From: a virus
Taxonomy: Duplodnaviria > Caudoviricetes
IMG/VR virus record: IMGVR_UViG_3300045012_000081
Location: 1-50,046 of that record
Length of the DNA stretch: 50,046 nt
Strand: one strand, 5' to 3'
Of the stretch, positions 17,626 to 25,978 are shown piece after piece. The stretch's first letter is position 1, and every line of letters starts with the position of its first letter. The notes beneath the pieces were generated by a model. The model ran no database searches, was not told the DNA's origin, and saw only the letters and a program-made list of their open reading frames with translations. The position numbers were made by a program, and so were the translations under genes.

Positions 17626-18942
17626 TCAAGGCCCATTTTTACCAACACCCAAGAGAGGCAACCGCTGCGGCACCGCGGGGATTACTATCTGCGGCGGCTC
17701 GCTTTGAGTCCAGCCGGCGAATACGAAAGCGAACTTAGCCCATTGCTGCGAACGCGTCTGCGCGGGAAGCGTGTCCCACATACTCGAGCGCATAGGCGGC
17801 GCAACGTCGGCCGAAAGTGGCGCCTGCTGAAAACCGTGAAAGTCAAACTTCTGCCATTGCCTTGTATGAGTTCCGACTGGAGGCAACTCAAACCAAGGTA
17901 ATGGTACAAGGTACTCGACCGGAATCGGGCCACGTTGGAAGCCGGTCCAGTCTATACGCCTATCGCGAAGCTTGCCAATGGGTGGCAACTCATCCCACTG
18001 GTGTCGCCAGGCAAGGTCATTGTCTTGCGCGATTGGGCTGTGCTGCCAGCCTTGGTAATTATAAGCCGCGTTCTTGCGTCCGCCCCACTTGCCACCGAAG
18101 GCTGAAAGCCACCAAGCGTCTGTCCAATCTGCGGCGATGCTAAGCACAGCTGGGGTGTAAGTAATGCGAATCTGACCATTAGCTCCTGCTCCACCAAGGC
18201 CATTAGGGCCACCGTTGTCTGCGCCACCGCCACCTCCGCCCGGCAACCCACCGACACCGCCTGTGTTACCAGAGCCGTTATCTGCGTATGAACCGCCGCC
18301 TCCACCACCGCCATTGACATTAGCCGTGCCTGCACCACCGTTCTTAGACCCACTGGTGCCGCCAACTCCACCAGCTCCGCCGCTACCGTTGTCACCTGCG
18401 CCACCGGCTCCACCGTTATCGTTACCTGTGCCGGTAGGAGGCGTTGCCCCAGCTGCACCCACTCCGTTCGGCCCTGGCGCACCAGCACCGCCACCACCAG
18501 GCCCACCGAATGTCGGATCATCGCCGCCGTTACCGCCTGTTGCGCCGGCTGTTAACGTAGTGCCAACCGCACCTGTGGTAGAGCCGCCAGCACCACCTGT
18601 GCCTGCGCTGGTACCGCTGTAGATACCACCACTGCCTGGATTAGACCCAACGATAGAAGCCGCAAGGCTTGCTCCGTCAAACCATGTAGCTGTGCCGTTG
18701 CTGCCGGAAACACCGTTGCCGCCAACACCTCCTGTGCCTACCTGAATCTGCAAAGAGCCAGACAATCCGGTCTTGTTAGAGATCGAAGAATAACCGCCGG
18801 AACCACCGCCGGAACCACCAAGAGCTCCGTCGCCATTACCGCCACCACCAGAACCCCACGTCTCGATCTGGTTCGCGCTGGTCCAATCACCAGGTATTGT
18901 GTAGCTGGTGGTTGCTGTGTTGGTAATGACGACTACTGTCAC
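17626..18942 (-). CDS. glycine-rich virion protein with C-terminal Trp/Pro repeats
   Basis: IETWGSGGGG...GANGQIRITY glycine-rich domain; repeated W.ELPP..DF.GFQ..P units. Confidence 0.65.
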   Translation of the reverse strand: MTVVVITNTATTSYTIPGDWTSANQIETWGSGGGGNGDGALGGSGGGSGGYSSISNKTGLSGSLQIQVGTGGVGGNGVSGSNGTATWFDGASLAASIVGSNPGSGGIYSGTSAGTGGAGGSTTGAVGTTLTAGATGGNGGDDPTFGGPGGGGAGAPGPNGVGAAGATPPTGTGNDNGGAGGAGDNGSGGAGGVGGTSGSKNGGAGTANVNGGGGGGGSYADNGSGNTGGVGGLPGGGGGGADNGGPNGLGGAGANGQIRITYTPAVLSIAADWTDAWWLSAFGGKWGGRKNAAYNYQGWQHSPIAQDNDLAWRHQWDELPPIGKLRDRRIDWTGFQRGPIPVEYLVPLPWFELPPVGTHTRQWQKFDFHGFQQAPLSADVAPPMRSSMWDTLPAQTRSQQWAKFAFVFAGWTQSEPPQIVIPAVPQRLPLLGVGKNGP

Positions 18943-19235
18943 GCTGCGCTCGATGTAAAGTTCGGCACAGGGACAGTTACGACGCGAGCTGGCGCGCCAA
19001 TGAATGTCGAAGTGCCAGGGCTGGTTACAGGCACTGGCGCAGTGGCATTAGGATTGAAGCTAGCCACACTCGTCTGTTGCTGCGCGCCAACTAGCTGTGC
19101 CGATACGTTGCCGATAAGACCGGCGAGATTCATCGCCTGCGCTACCGCAGTTGCAACGATGGACTCGGCCAGCTGCACTGCTGTGCCTTGCGGTACGTCG
19201 GCCTGGACTGTGAAAATATAAATAACGTTGCTCAC
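18939..19235 (-). CDS. hypothetical protein
   Basis: ORF in the late operon, overlapping the next start. Confidence 0.5.
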   Translation of the reverse strand: MSNVIYIFTVQADVPQGTAVQLAESIVATAVAQAMNLAGLIGNVSAQLVGAQQQTSVASFNPNATAPVPVTSPGTSTFIGAPARVVTVPVPNFTSSAA

Positions 19236-19320
19236 TTTTTGCCTCGCACGATAAGGAAAGCTGGCGCGCGGTAAGTCCTCCGGCGCCGCCGAAACAACTG
19301 AAAGAACCGGAGGACCGTGC

Positions 19321-19623
19321 TCATGATACTGTTACCGTCAGCGATGCAGGTTGCGCAAACGTTGCCGGAGGCGGAGCCGCGACGGTGAAGTCTGCCGTGG
19401 CTGCTGCGCCCATCGTTGCGCCGGTTTGATTGACCGCGATGGCTGTGGCTGTGTAAGCGCCTGGCGCGACGTCAGTCGGGAAGGTGAAGGACGTCTCGTT
19501 TGCCGTGCCAGTTTGGATGACTTGAGTGCCCTGCAGGATCTGGAACTGATAGCCAGAAAACGTATCGCCGGATGGCAGATCGACGTCCGTCGTGGATGCG
19601 ATGACTACTTCGACTTTAGACAT
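19321..19623 (-). CDS. Ig/Fn3-like small virion protein
   Basis: GGAG RBS then MSKVEVV; VAPGAYTATAIAVN..G pattern. Confidence 0.55.
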   Translation of the reverse strand: MSKVEVVIASTTDVDLPSGDTFSGYQFQILQGTQVIQTGTANETSFTFPTDVAPGAYTATAIAVNQTGATMGAAATADFTVAAPPPATFAQPASLTVTVS

Positions 19624-19633
19624 GGTACTACTC

Positions 19634-19879
19634 CTAATCGTTAGGTCCCCAGAGGGAATGTTTACCGAACTTCGCAAGGGATGCTGTGCAGTGATCGTCG
19701 CGGAGAAGCTTTGCTAAAATCTTGCACAGTACGCACCCCCATCTTACACCAGCTAGTTGCGCCTTTGCCGCGGCGACTGAGATGCTCTCGCCTGGGTCTC
19801 CGCCGCGCAAGGTGTTGAGCGACTGGTCGAACAGGAAAATAATCCAGTTCATTATGTACTGCCAGACCAGACGTAGCAT
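19634..19879 (-). CDS. conserved small phage protein
   Basis: DQSLNTLRGGDPGESIS...WGCVLCKIL...DHC; AAGGAGG RBS. Confidence 0.6.
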   Translation of the reverse strand: MLRLVWQYIMNWIIFLFDQSLNTLRGGDPGESISVAAAKAQLAGVRWGCVLCKILAKLLRDDHCTASLAKFGKHSLWGPND

Positions 19880-19889
19880 TGCTGCCTCC

Positions 19890-20360
19890 TTAAAGTGGAT
19901 CTTCCATCCAGACGATCATCATGGAAATCGTCCCCGTACCGACCTTAGAACGGAAGGAAAACTGCGGGTTAACACGTGCAGCTGCAGCAAGCCCTACCGA
20001 GTAGAGTGGCTGGTCTGGCGCTGTCTTCCAACGGTAGATACCGCCGTTGGAGTTGCACGGAATAGAAACGATCTCGGTGCTCACGACCGGCTGCGTGGTC
20101 CAGCCGGTATTGACTGTTGACACCGCCGCAGGGGCGAGACCATCACCACTCCACGCGTTTGGTGTGATAGCGCCACTGCCCGTAACGCCCACCGTTGTGA
20201 CCCAGTAGACGGCAAGCTCGTTCGCCGCGCTGGCTGTGCCCATACCGCCGATCGAGACTTCAAGCAACTGCAGCCGTCGGTTGGAAGCTGGAGTAAGGGT
20301 CATAGTATCGGCGGCAGTGTTGAATGTCGCATTCGATACACATGCTGAATAAACAGACAC
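19890..20360 (-). CDS. putative structural protein
   Basis: Beta-rich, Thr/Ala/Val-rich; AGGAG RBS. Confidence 0.55.
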   Translation of the reverse strand: MSVYSACVSNATFNTAADTMTLTPASNRRLQLLEVSIGGMGTASAANELAVYWVTTVGVTGSGAITPNAWSGDGLAPAAVSTVNTGWTTQPVVSTEIVSIPCNSNGGIYRWKTAPDQPLYSVGLAAAARVNPQFSFRSKVGTGTISMMIVWMEDPL

Positions 20361-20369
20361 AATATTCTC

Positions 20370-20696
20370 CTAGGAACTGCTCGGGCACCATACGAGCTGA
20401 ATAGCTGTCGGTGCCGCGAAGGATTGGTTGAAGTTCAGCGCATCGCCAATACCTGTTTGAAACCAGCCAACTTGGGAAAACGGCAGCACGAAACCGCCGT
20501 TTGCCGCGAGGGGCCATAAACAAGTAATATCCGTGGGTCCAGTACTTGTTTGAAACTTAACATTATCCGCTGCGCTAGCGATTACGCACACTTGCAAAAC
20601 TATAATACGTTGACCGGTTTGCGCAGCTACAATTGTAGTACTGCCAGACGAACTTGGCGTCGCAAATACATACTGGACACGCAGATCTGCAGCCAT
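20370..20696 (-). CDS. putative structural protein
   Basis: TIVAAQTGQRIIVL...LAANGGFVLP..GWFQT. Confidence 0.55.
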   Translation of the reverse strand: MAADLRVQYVFATPSSSGSTTIVAAQTGQRIIVLQVCVIASAADNVKFQTSTGPTDITCLWPLAANGGFVLPFSQVGWFQTGIGDALNFNQSFAAPTAIQLVWCPSSS

Positions 20697-20881
20697 TACG
20701 TTACCTTCTCTAGCTGATCATGCGAGCTTACTACAAGCTGTAGCGTAAGGCTGTGGGCGTAAATGGCTTCGGACTCGATACGATGCACAGTAAGAGGGCC
20801 GATACCCTTCCACATAACCTTGTCGCCGACCGCGTGTTGCACTGGTGGGGGCAGCGGAGGGGCTGATTTAAAGATTTGCAT
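20696..20881 (-). CDS. hypothetical protein
   Basis: Coupled to neighbouring genes; VGDKVMW SH3-like start. Confidence 0.5.
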   Translation of the reverse strand: MQIFKSAPPLPPPVQHAVGDKVMWKGIGPLTVHRIESEAIYAHSLTLQLVVSSHDQLEKVT

Positions 20882-21321
20882 TATGCACCTCCGGCGCGGT
20901 TTTTAACCATGTGGAGAATCAATAGAATCGATACATCTGTTGGGAACGAAGCTGCGCTGGCATTGATCGCAAGATCGATGTTGCCGGTTACTCCTGCGCC
21001 GGCGTTGTTCTGCAGGCCGCCGTAGTGATGCGAAGCAATTTTGCCGCGGCCATACAACTCCACAATCGGCACATCGGTTGTCGCGTTCCACAAAAGCTGA
21101 ACAATAACACCGTCTGTGATAGAGTAGTCAATATGGTCAATGCGCAGCAACGTCGGCGGAAAGCTACCAGCAAAGCCCGGCAGCATACTCGTCAAAAGGC
21201 TAGCTGTGATGATTGTCGTTTGTCCAGGTGGCGAGGCGCCTAGAAAGTCTCCCGTTACCTTCGCGACAGTATTGCGCGGACCGTCGTTAAGGATCTGGGT
21301 CGCGATGGCGTAGTTGGCCAT
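20881..21321 (-). CDS. putative structural protein
   Basis: QILNDGPRNTVAK...GGLQNNAGAGVTGNI, a common phage head-region family. Confidence 0.6.
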   Translation of the reverse strand: MANYAIATQILNDGPRNTVAKVTGDFLGASPPGQTTIITASLLTSMLPGFAGSFPPTLLRIDHIDYSITDGVIVQLLWNATTDVPIVELYGRGKIASHHYGGLQNNAGAGVTGNIDLAINASAASFPTDVSILLILHMVKNRAGGA

Positions 21322-21324
21322 GAC

Positions 21325-22095
21325 TTACCGCTCCTTATGGCAAAGGTGAAAGTCAGCTGTACCGGTTGTAATAGCAGCTGTCGCACCATTACCTACCGCC
21401 ATTGTCAGGTTCAGGTTGACAGCCGTAAGCGGCGGTGCAATCATACGCGAGTTTGGTCCTGCCTGAGGAGGCGTGTTGGCACCAGTCCCGGCGCTGGGGA
21501 TATACCCTACCAGTTGGCCGGCAACGAATGCAAGCACGTCTCCTTGGCGGTTGAGGTAGAACGCAAGGTCAAGGTTGGTGGCGTTAGCAAAGTTTGCGTT
21601 GGCGACGTTTAGTGCAACGTTAGTTCCACCTACGTTGCAGTTAAGTACTACCTGCGTCGACCCCGCTGCTTTGCTGAAATAAATACCATCGGTAGTACCG
21701 CCAGACAGCGGTGTAGCATTCTGGTTCATCAACCCGGCCGCAAACGCCGCTGTGGTAGCTGCGGCAAGTTGAATGCGAGTCAGATAAAACAGTTTCTTAC
21801 CAAGCGTAAGTGTAAAGCTAGCGGCAGGAAGATAAATTTCCGCAAAGCTGCCGGCGGTACCAGTAGTTGTGAATAGCGCTAAACCGCCATCGCCTGCTGT
21901 ATGCGCTACAGTACCTGTACCGTTGTACACGTACAGTCCGTTAGTTGTAGCGCCCAACGCGTTGTCGAAGTCATCCTGAAACCCGTGGTAGAAGAACGGA
22001 TTGCCTTGACCGTCGTCCGCCAACGGCTGCCATGCGGCGTCGCTTGTCGAGCCGCTCGTGCACCGTTGCGGAGGTTGAGAATATTGTCCAGCCAT
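21325..22095 (-). CDS. putative head decoration/fibre protein
   Basis: FQDDF start, DGIYFSK; beta-rich; downstream of the capsid gene. Confidence 0.55.
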   Translation of the reverse strand: MAGQYSQPPQRCTSGSTSDAAWQPLADDGQGNPFFYHGFQDDFDNALGATTNGLYVYNGTGTVAHTAGDGGLALFTTTGTAGSFAEIYLPAASFTLTLGKKLFYLTRIQLAAATTAAFAAGLMNQNATPLSGGTTDGIYFSKAAGSTQVVLNCNVGGTNVALNVANANFANATNLDLAFYLNRQGDVLAFVAGQLVGYIPSAGTGANTPPQAGPNSRMIAPPLTAVNLNLTMAVGNGATAAITTGTADFHLCHKER

Positions 22096-22107
22096 GATAG
22101 GTTCTCC

Positions 22108-22326
22108 TTAAGCCTTTTTGCCGTAGATAGGAGCAGGGTGCTGGCGCGCACCAAGGCTAGAATTGGGAAGCGTACGAGGGCCAGCCGAACGAGTCGGGGT
22201 GGCTACACCGTCGTAAGGGCAGTTGGGGATTGAAGTCTCGCCGACGTTGATCGGCTGCGCAGGGCCGTACTGAGGCCCTTGCTCGTTGATGGACTTCTGT
22301 ACGTCGCGAAGTTTGCGATTGGCCAT
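22108..22326 (-). CDS. hypothetical protein
   Basis: GGAG RBS; follows the capsid gene. Confidence 0.5.
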   Translation of the reverse strand: MANRKLRDVQKSINEQGPQYGPAQPINVGETSIPNCPYDGVATPTRSAGPRTLPNSSLGARQHPAPIYGKKA

Positions 22327-22360
22327 GAGATACTCCTAGGGTTTTTGCCAAGATTACAAC

Positions 22361-22382
22361 TAGGGTTGGCCGTAACCAACCC
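22361..22382 (-). terminator. hairpin downstream of the major capsid gene (possible attenuating terminator)
   Basis: GGGTTGGT-TACG-GCCAACCC on the minus strand, ~25 nt after the capsid stop; the U tract is weak. Confidence 0.35.
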
Positions 22383-22405
22383 CCTGCCTAGGATTCGGAG
22401 CACGC

Positions 22406-23329
22406 TCAAGGACCGTTGCTGCCCCACAGTGTGCGTGGATCGCCCCAGAAAATCGAGTAGCGTTCGCGGGACTTGGCCTTCGCGTTGTCTGTGTCGAAGT
22501 CGTTGTCCTGTGTGAAGCTGATACCGACGCGCTCGTAGTAGATGAGGCCGTTCGGCGCATTGCTGCGCAGGAACCAAGCGTGCGGGGAGGTGAAGTAGTG
22601 GTTGAGGTGAATGCCGCCAGGGATGCTATTCGTAGCCTTGAGCACGTTGATATCGTTGTTCGCGGTGCCGGACTGGAAGACTGACTTGAGAATTCGGTTG
22701 GCATTGAACCATTCCTGGCGCGCAATGTGCAGGCTCTTGGGAATGATATTGATCAGGTTACCGACGTCGTCTTGCGCGCCCATCATCTGAATGATCAGAT
22801 CTTCCATGCTCGCTTCGGACAAGTCAGCACCGACAGCCAACATGTTGCTCCAGGTACCGCCACTGGTGTTCGGGTGCGCGGTGTTGAGGAGACTCACACC
22901 ATCGCCGCCGAGGTAGCTGGCATTGAAGGCATTGTTATAAACGTTTGCAACGACGTTTTCCTTCGTCTGGTTGAACGCGAACGCGAGAGCACGTGCGCGG
23001 GTCTTGCTCACTGCCTCGTACAAGTTGTCTTCAAGCTCAACTTGCGAGACGATGTAGCCCAGCGAGTACTCGACGTGCGTCCAGATTGAGGAGAAGCCTT
23101 GGACTTCCGCAACGTAGTTTGTTGCGGAGGTTTCTTGCTTGACCTGTGCCAGACCGAAACCGATGATCTGCGTTTCTTTCTCGTAGTTCATCGAGCTGAC
23201 ATCTTGCTCGCACAGCGCCGTCCATTCTGGCGCGTGCTCCATGTACATCCTGCCCCACCATGCATGAATCCCAGGCCACAACGCTAGGGGGTGGGCGCCT
23301 GTGGTGATCGGACCGCCAAGAGCTGCCAT
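22406..23329 (-). CDS. major capsid protein (HK97 fold, Mu gpT-like family)
   Basis: ALWPGI, YSLGYIVS..ELEDNLY, QTKENVVANVYNNAF, GGDGVSLLNTAHP, NHYFTSP.AWF, DFDTDNAK.K.RERYS..WGDPR. Confidence 0.9.
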   Translation of the reverse strand: MAALGGPITTGAHPLALWPGIHAWWGRMYMEHAPEWTALCEQDVSSMNYEKETQIIGFGLAQVKQETSATNYVAEVQGFSSIWTHVEYSLGYIVSQVELEDNLYEAVSKTRARALAFAFNQTKENVVANVYNNAFNASYLGGDGVSLLNTAHPNTSGGTWSNMLAVGADLSEASMEDLIIQMMGAQDDVGNLINIIPKSLHIARQEWFNANRILKSVFQSGTANNDINVLKATNSIPGGIHLNHYFTSPHAWFLRSNAPNGLIYYERVGISFTQDNDFDTDNAKAKSRERYSIFWGDPRTLWGSNGP

Positions 23330-23344
23330 GATAGTTCTCCTTAA

Positions 23345-23962
23345 TTAGGCTGCGCCGGTAGTGCCGGTCGACATCAGTTCGTGGGAGTTCCACGCAACCA
23401 ACAGTGGGACATACAAACCTGTCGCGATGTTGGGCCGTTGTGCTACGCCGAGGATCTTCAGTGGGAAGCCGATCGTCGCAGCGGGTGTGGTTGTGTTGAG
23501 CACCGTGGTGCTGATGTTCAACGGAGCGGCTTGGGCTGCCGTTACTGTATAGGTCGCATTCGCGCCGACCCAGGTCGAGACGTACGAGTTGTTACCGTCA
23601 GGCAAAATCTCCATGACGATGTTCGGTGAGTCCATGACCATAACGTAATAGTTCTGCGTCTTGGTCTGCGGCACGTAGGGCTGGTCGAGGTTGAACGGAT
23701 TGCGGAACATACCGACGACGATACCGCGAGCAAGCTCGGTGGTAGCGCCAGTGCATTTGACAACCTGCGCAATGCCGAAGGTTCCCCAAGGGTTACTTGC
23801 ATCGGCACCACCAGCGGCAAGGGACTTAACAGCGTCACCGATGCTATACGTATTTGTCCCATCCGAAGACGGGATTTCATACATATGGCACTGGCTGTTG
23901 TAGTCCATGCCATTCTGGGCACCGAGTACAGTAAACCCGTGAGGGCTATTTTGGTTAGCCAT
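23345..23962 (-). CDS. capsid decoration/cement protein
   Basis: MANQNSPHGF start, GDAV, VMDSPNIVMEI; lies directly upstream of the capsid gene. Confidence 0.65.
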   Translation of the reverse strand: MANQNSPHGFTVLGAQNGMDYNSQCHMYEIPSSDGTNTYSIGDAVKSLAAGGADASNPWGTFGIAQVVKCTGATTELARGIVVGMFRNPFNLDQPYVPQTKTQNYYVMVMDSPNIVMEILPDGNNSYVSTWVGANATYTVTAAQAAPLNISTTVLNTTTPAATIGFPLKILGVAQRPNIATGLYVPLLVAWNSHELMSTGTTGAA

Positions 23963-23970
23963 ATCAACAC

Positions 23971-24498
23971 CTATTCAAGTTTGGTGTTTATCGAGATGTG
24001 GCCGCCTTTGGGATGGTAAGTCTCAGGGCGACGCACGCCATCAACCTTACCGGCTTTGATCTGCTGTTCGATGGCGCGTGTGCGAGCGGCGTAGAACTCT
24101 TGGTTCTCTTTGTACCACTCGTCGCGGATCTTCATCAAGTGCAGAGTAAGCGGTTTGCCTGTATCGTGAGAACCGGAGATACACGTCACTCGGTCGCCCG
24201 CGTCGTCGCTGGAGCGGCTACGCTTGACATCCTTTTTGCTGACGTACTCATATCCGTTCTCTTCTGCCTGTTCGAGTCTGCCTGGGTAATCTGCGATCCA
24301 GTGGAGATGATAACCAGGGATCTTTGTGACGCCGAGCGTTAGTTTGCCGTTGACGCCGAAGGGGGTACGAGTGCGCTCGAAACCCTGCTCCATCTCGGGG
24401 TTACGCTCGCGCACGTTGACTACTTCCTCGACCTCATGCCGTGAGGGGAGGCGTTCGCCCGGCTGCTGCTCGTCGTTGTCCATGTCTGTGATCTTCAT
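23971..24498 (-). CDS. conserved head-module protein
   Basis: IPGYHLHWIAD..GRLEQAEENGYEYV, LMKIRDEWY. Confidence 0.65.
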   Translation of the reverse strand: MKITDMDNDEQQPGERLPSRHEVEEVVNVRERNPEMEQGFERTRTPFGVNGKLTLGVTKIPGYHLHWIADYPGRLEQAEENGYEYVSKKDVKRSRSSDDAGDRVTCISGSHDTGKPLTLHLMKIRDEWYKENQEFYAARTRAIEQQIKAGKVDGVRRPETYHPKGGHISINTKLE

Positions 24499-25349
24499 TA
24501 TCTTACTCCTGGTTGTGCCCAGTATTCTGCCGCGTAGGCTTCCATGTCTTTGTAGAGGCCTTGTTTGACGTATCGCGCGCCAGCTGCTGCGGCATCGTCC
24601 GGTAGGCTCGAAACCGATTTTGCAGACTTGCGGGAGCCATCGCGGCCTCCACCCTCGCCAGCACCCACAGTTGTGGCTGTGCGTTTGCGAGTTCCAAAAC
24701 GATCGGGGAAAGCTTTCTTTACGCGTGCGGTTAGCTCATCGAGCTTTTCTTGCACGCTAAGGTCTTGACGAGGGGCAAGCTTTGCTGCCATACCATCGGC
24801 GTAGGCAACGAGATCCTCGTTTTCCTCCTCCTGATTGTACCAAGATGCACTTTCAGCAAGCCACTCCTTGACTTCGGGTAGGACTTGGCCGCTTGCTGGG
24901 GTCGGAGTAGGAGCAGGCGCTGCTGTCTCTTTCTTGCCTGGGACTGCGCTTGGCGCGTTTTTCAGCTCGTCAATCTCATCCCCAAGCTCTTCAGCCAGTG
25001 CCATGTTGCCTGAGCCAAGAGCTTCGGAGCGTTCGCGCTTGAGTCGAGCCACTGCGGCTTCGATCGCGCGCTTCTCCATGTTTGCGTGGTACTCACGAAT
25101 TTCCTCGATCGTTTTGCCTTTCTCCTCGAGCTCTGTTTTCAATGCGGCCATCTCGCGCCGAAGTTGTTCGTTCTCGCGTTTGGTGAAGGCTTTGATTTCC
25201 TTCCCGCGCTCGATGAACGTTTCTGCGTCGATCCAGGTGCCAGGCTTGCCGCGGTACTCTTCCTCCGGACGCCATCCTTGGACTCGCGCGCGATGCTCGA
25301 TTGCCTCTTGATCCACTTCGACTTCGCTGCCTGTTTGCTCTTCAGCCAT
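24498..25349 (-). CDS. capsid scaffolding protein
   Basis: RARVQGWRPEEEY.G....WIDAETFI, acidic coiled coil, VKKAFPDRF, Y...Y C-terminus. Confidence 0.7.
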   Translation of the reverse strand: MAEEQTGSEVEVDQEAIEHRARVQGWRPEEEYRGKPGTWIDAETFIERGKEIKAFTKRENEQLRREMAALKTELEEKGKTIEEIREYHANMEKRAIEAAVARLKRERSEALGSGNMALAEELGDEIDELKNAPSAVPGKKETAAPAPTPTPASGQVLPEVKEWLAESASWYNQEEENEDLVAYADGMAAKLAPRQDLSVQEKLDELTARVKKAFPDRFGTRKRTATTVGAGEGGGRDGSRKSAKSVSSLPDDAAAAGARYVKQGLYKDMEAYAAEYWAQPGVR

Positions 25350-25740
25350 TTTGTTTGCCTCTGAAAACCATTGTGATTTCAGTGTCGTGGAGAACGCGAT
25401 ACTCTACGCTTTCGTCGTCTCCGTCTTTTTCCAAGTGCACCCAACCGTGGTGCAGCTGGAACTTTACTCGGTCACCGACCTTGACCCAGTCTTGTTGAAG
25501 CCAGCCCTGCGTGGCATCGTCCCATACTCGCATGTCTTTATACGCGGCAGGGCCGAGCGCGGCAACTGTTCCTTCGGTCTGGTTCATGTTGTTTCGTTCC
25601 GTGAGTTGCGGTGGAACGTAAATCCCGCTATGCGTGAAGCTCTCGACCTTGTCGAGCTGAACCATGATCTTGTTCCCACTAGGGACCCAGTCTGGCTCAC
25701 GTAGCTCCTTACGCGTTGTCGGTGTAAGCATCTCTGTCAT
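25342..25740 (-). CDS. GroES-like co-chaperonin
   Basis: PSGNKIMV..VESFTHSGIYVP, GTVAALGP.AY, VKVGDRV, YRVLHDTEI. Confidence 0.85.
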   Translation of the reverse strand: MTEMLTPTTRKELREPDWVPSGNKIMVQLDKVESFTHSGIYVPPQLTERNNMNQTEGTVAALGPAAYKDMRVWDDATQGWLQQDWVKVGDRVKFQLHHGWVHLEKDGDDESVEYRVLHDTEITMVFRGKQNG

Positions 25741-25978
25741 CTTCTGCCTCGTCTGTTAACATGAGCCGAAGTAGCTCATCTATCTCATTGATACGGCCGA
25801 TTACTTCAGCCATTTTCAGCGCGGTGGCTTCGCATGTCTTGTATGTGAACTCACCGGCTGCGAGCAATTCTTTGTACTTGTCTCGGCGCTCTTGCAGCCC
25901 CTTAACGACCAGGACTGTTCCCTCCGACAGGCGCCATTGCTGCCATAGAATGCTCATGCTCTCGCTGCTTGTCTGCAT
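25709..25978 (-). CDS. hypothetical protein
   Basis: Small helical ORF between the portal and GroES genes. Confidence 0.55.
   Translation of the reverse strand: MQTSSESMSILWQQWRLSEGTVLVVKGLQERRDKYKELLAAGEFTYKTCEATALKMAEVIGRINEIDELLRLMLTDEAEDDRDAYTDNA

Noticed and set aside
18215-18622. Pro-rich plus-strand ORF and many other antisense ORFs
   Set aside because: These are shadows of GGN-rich or high-GC coding on the opposite strand.
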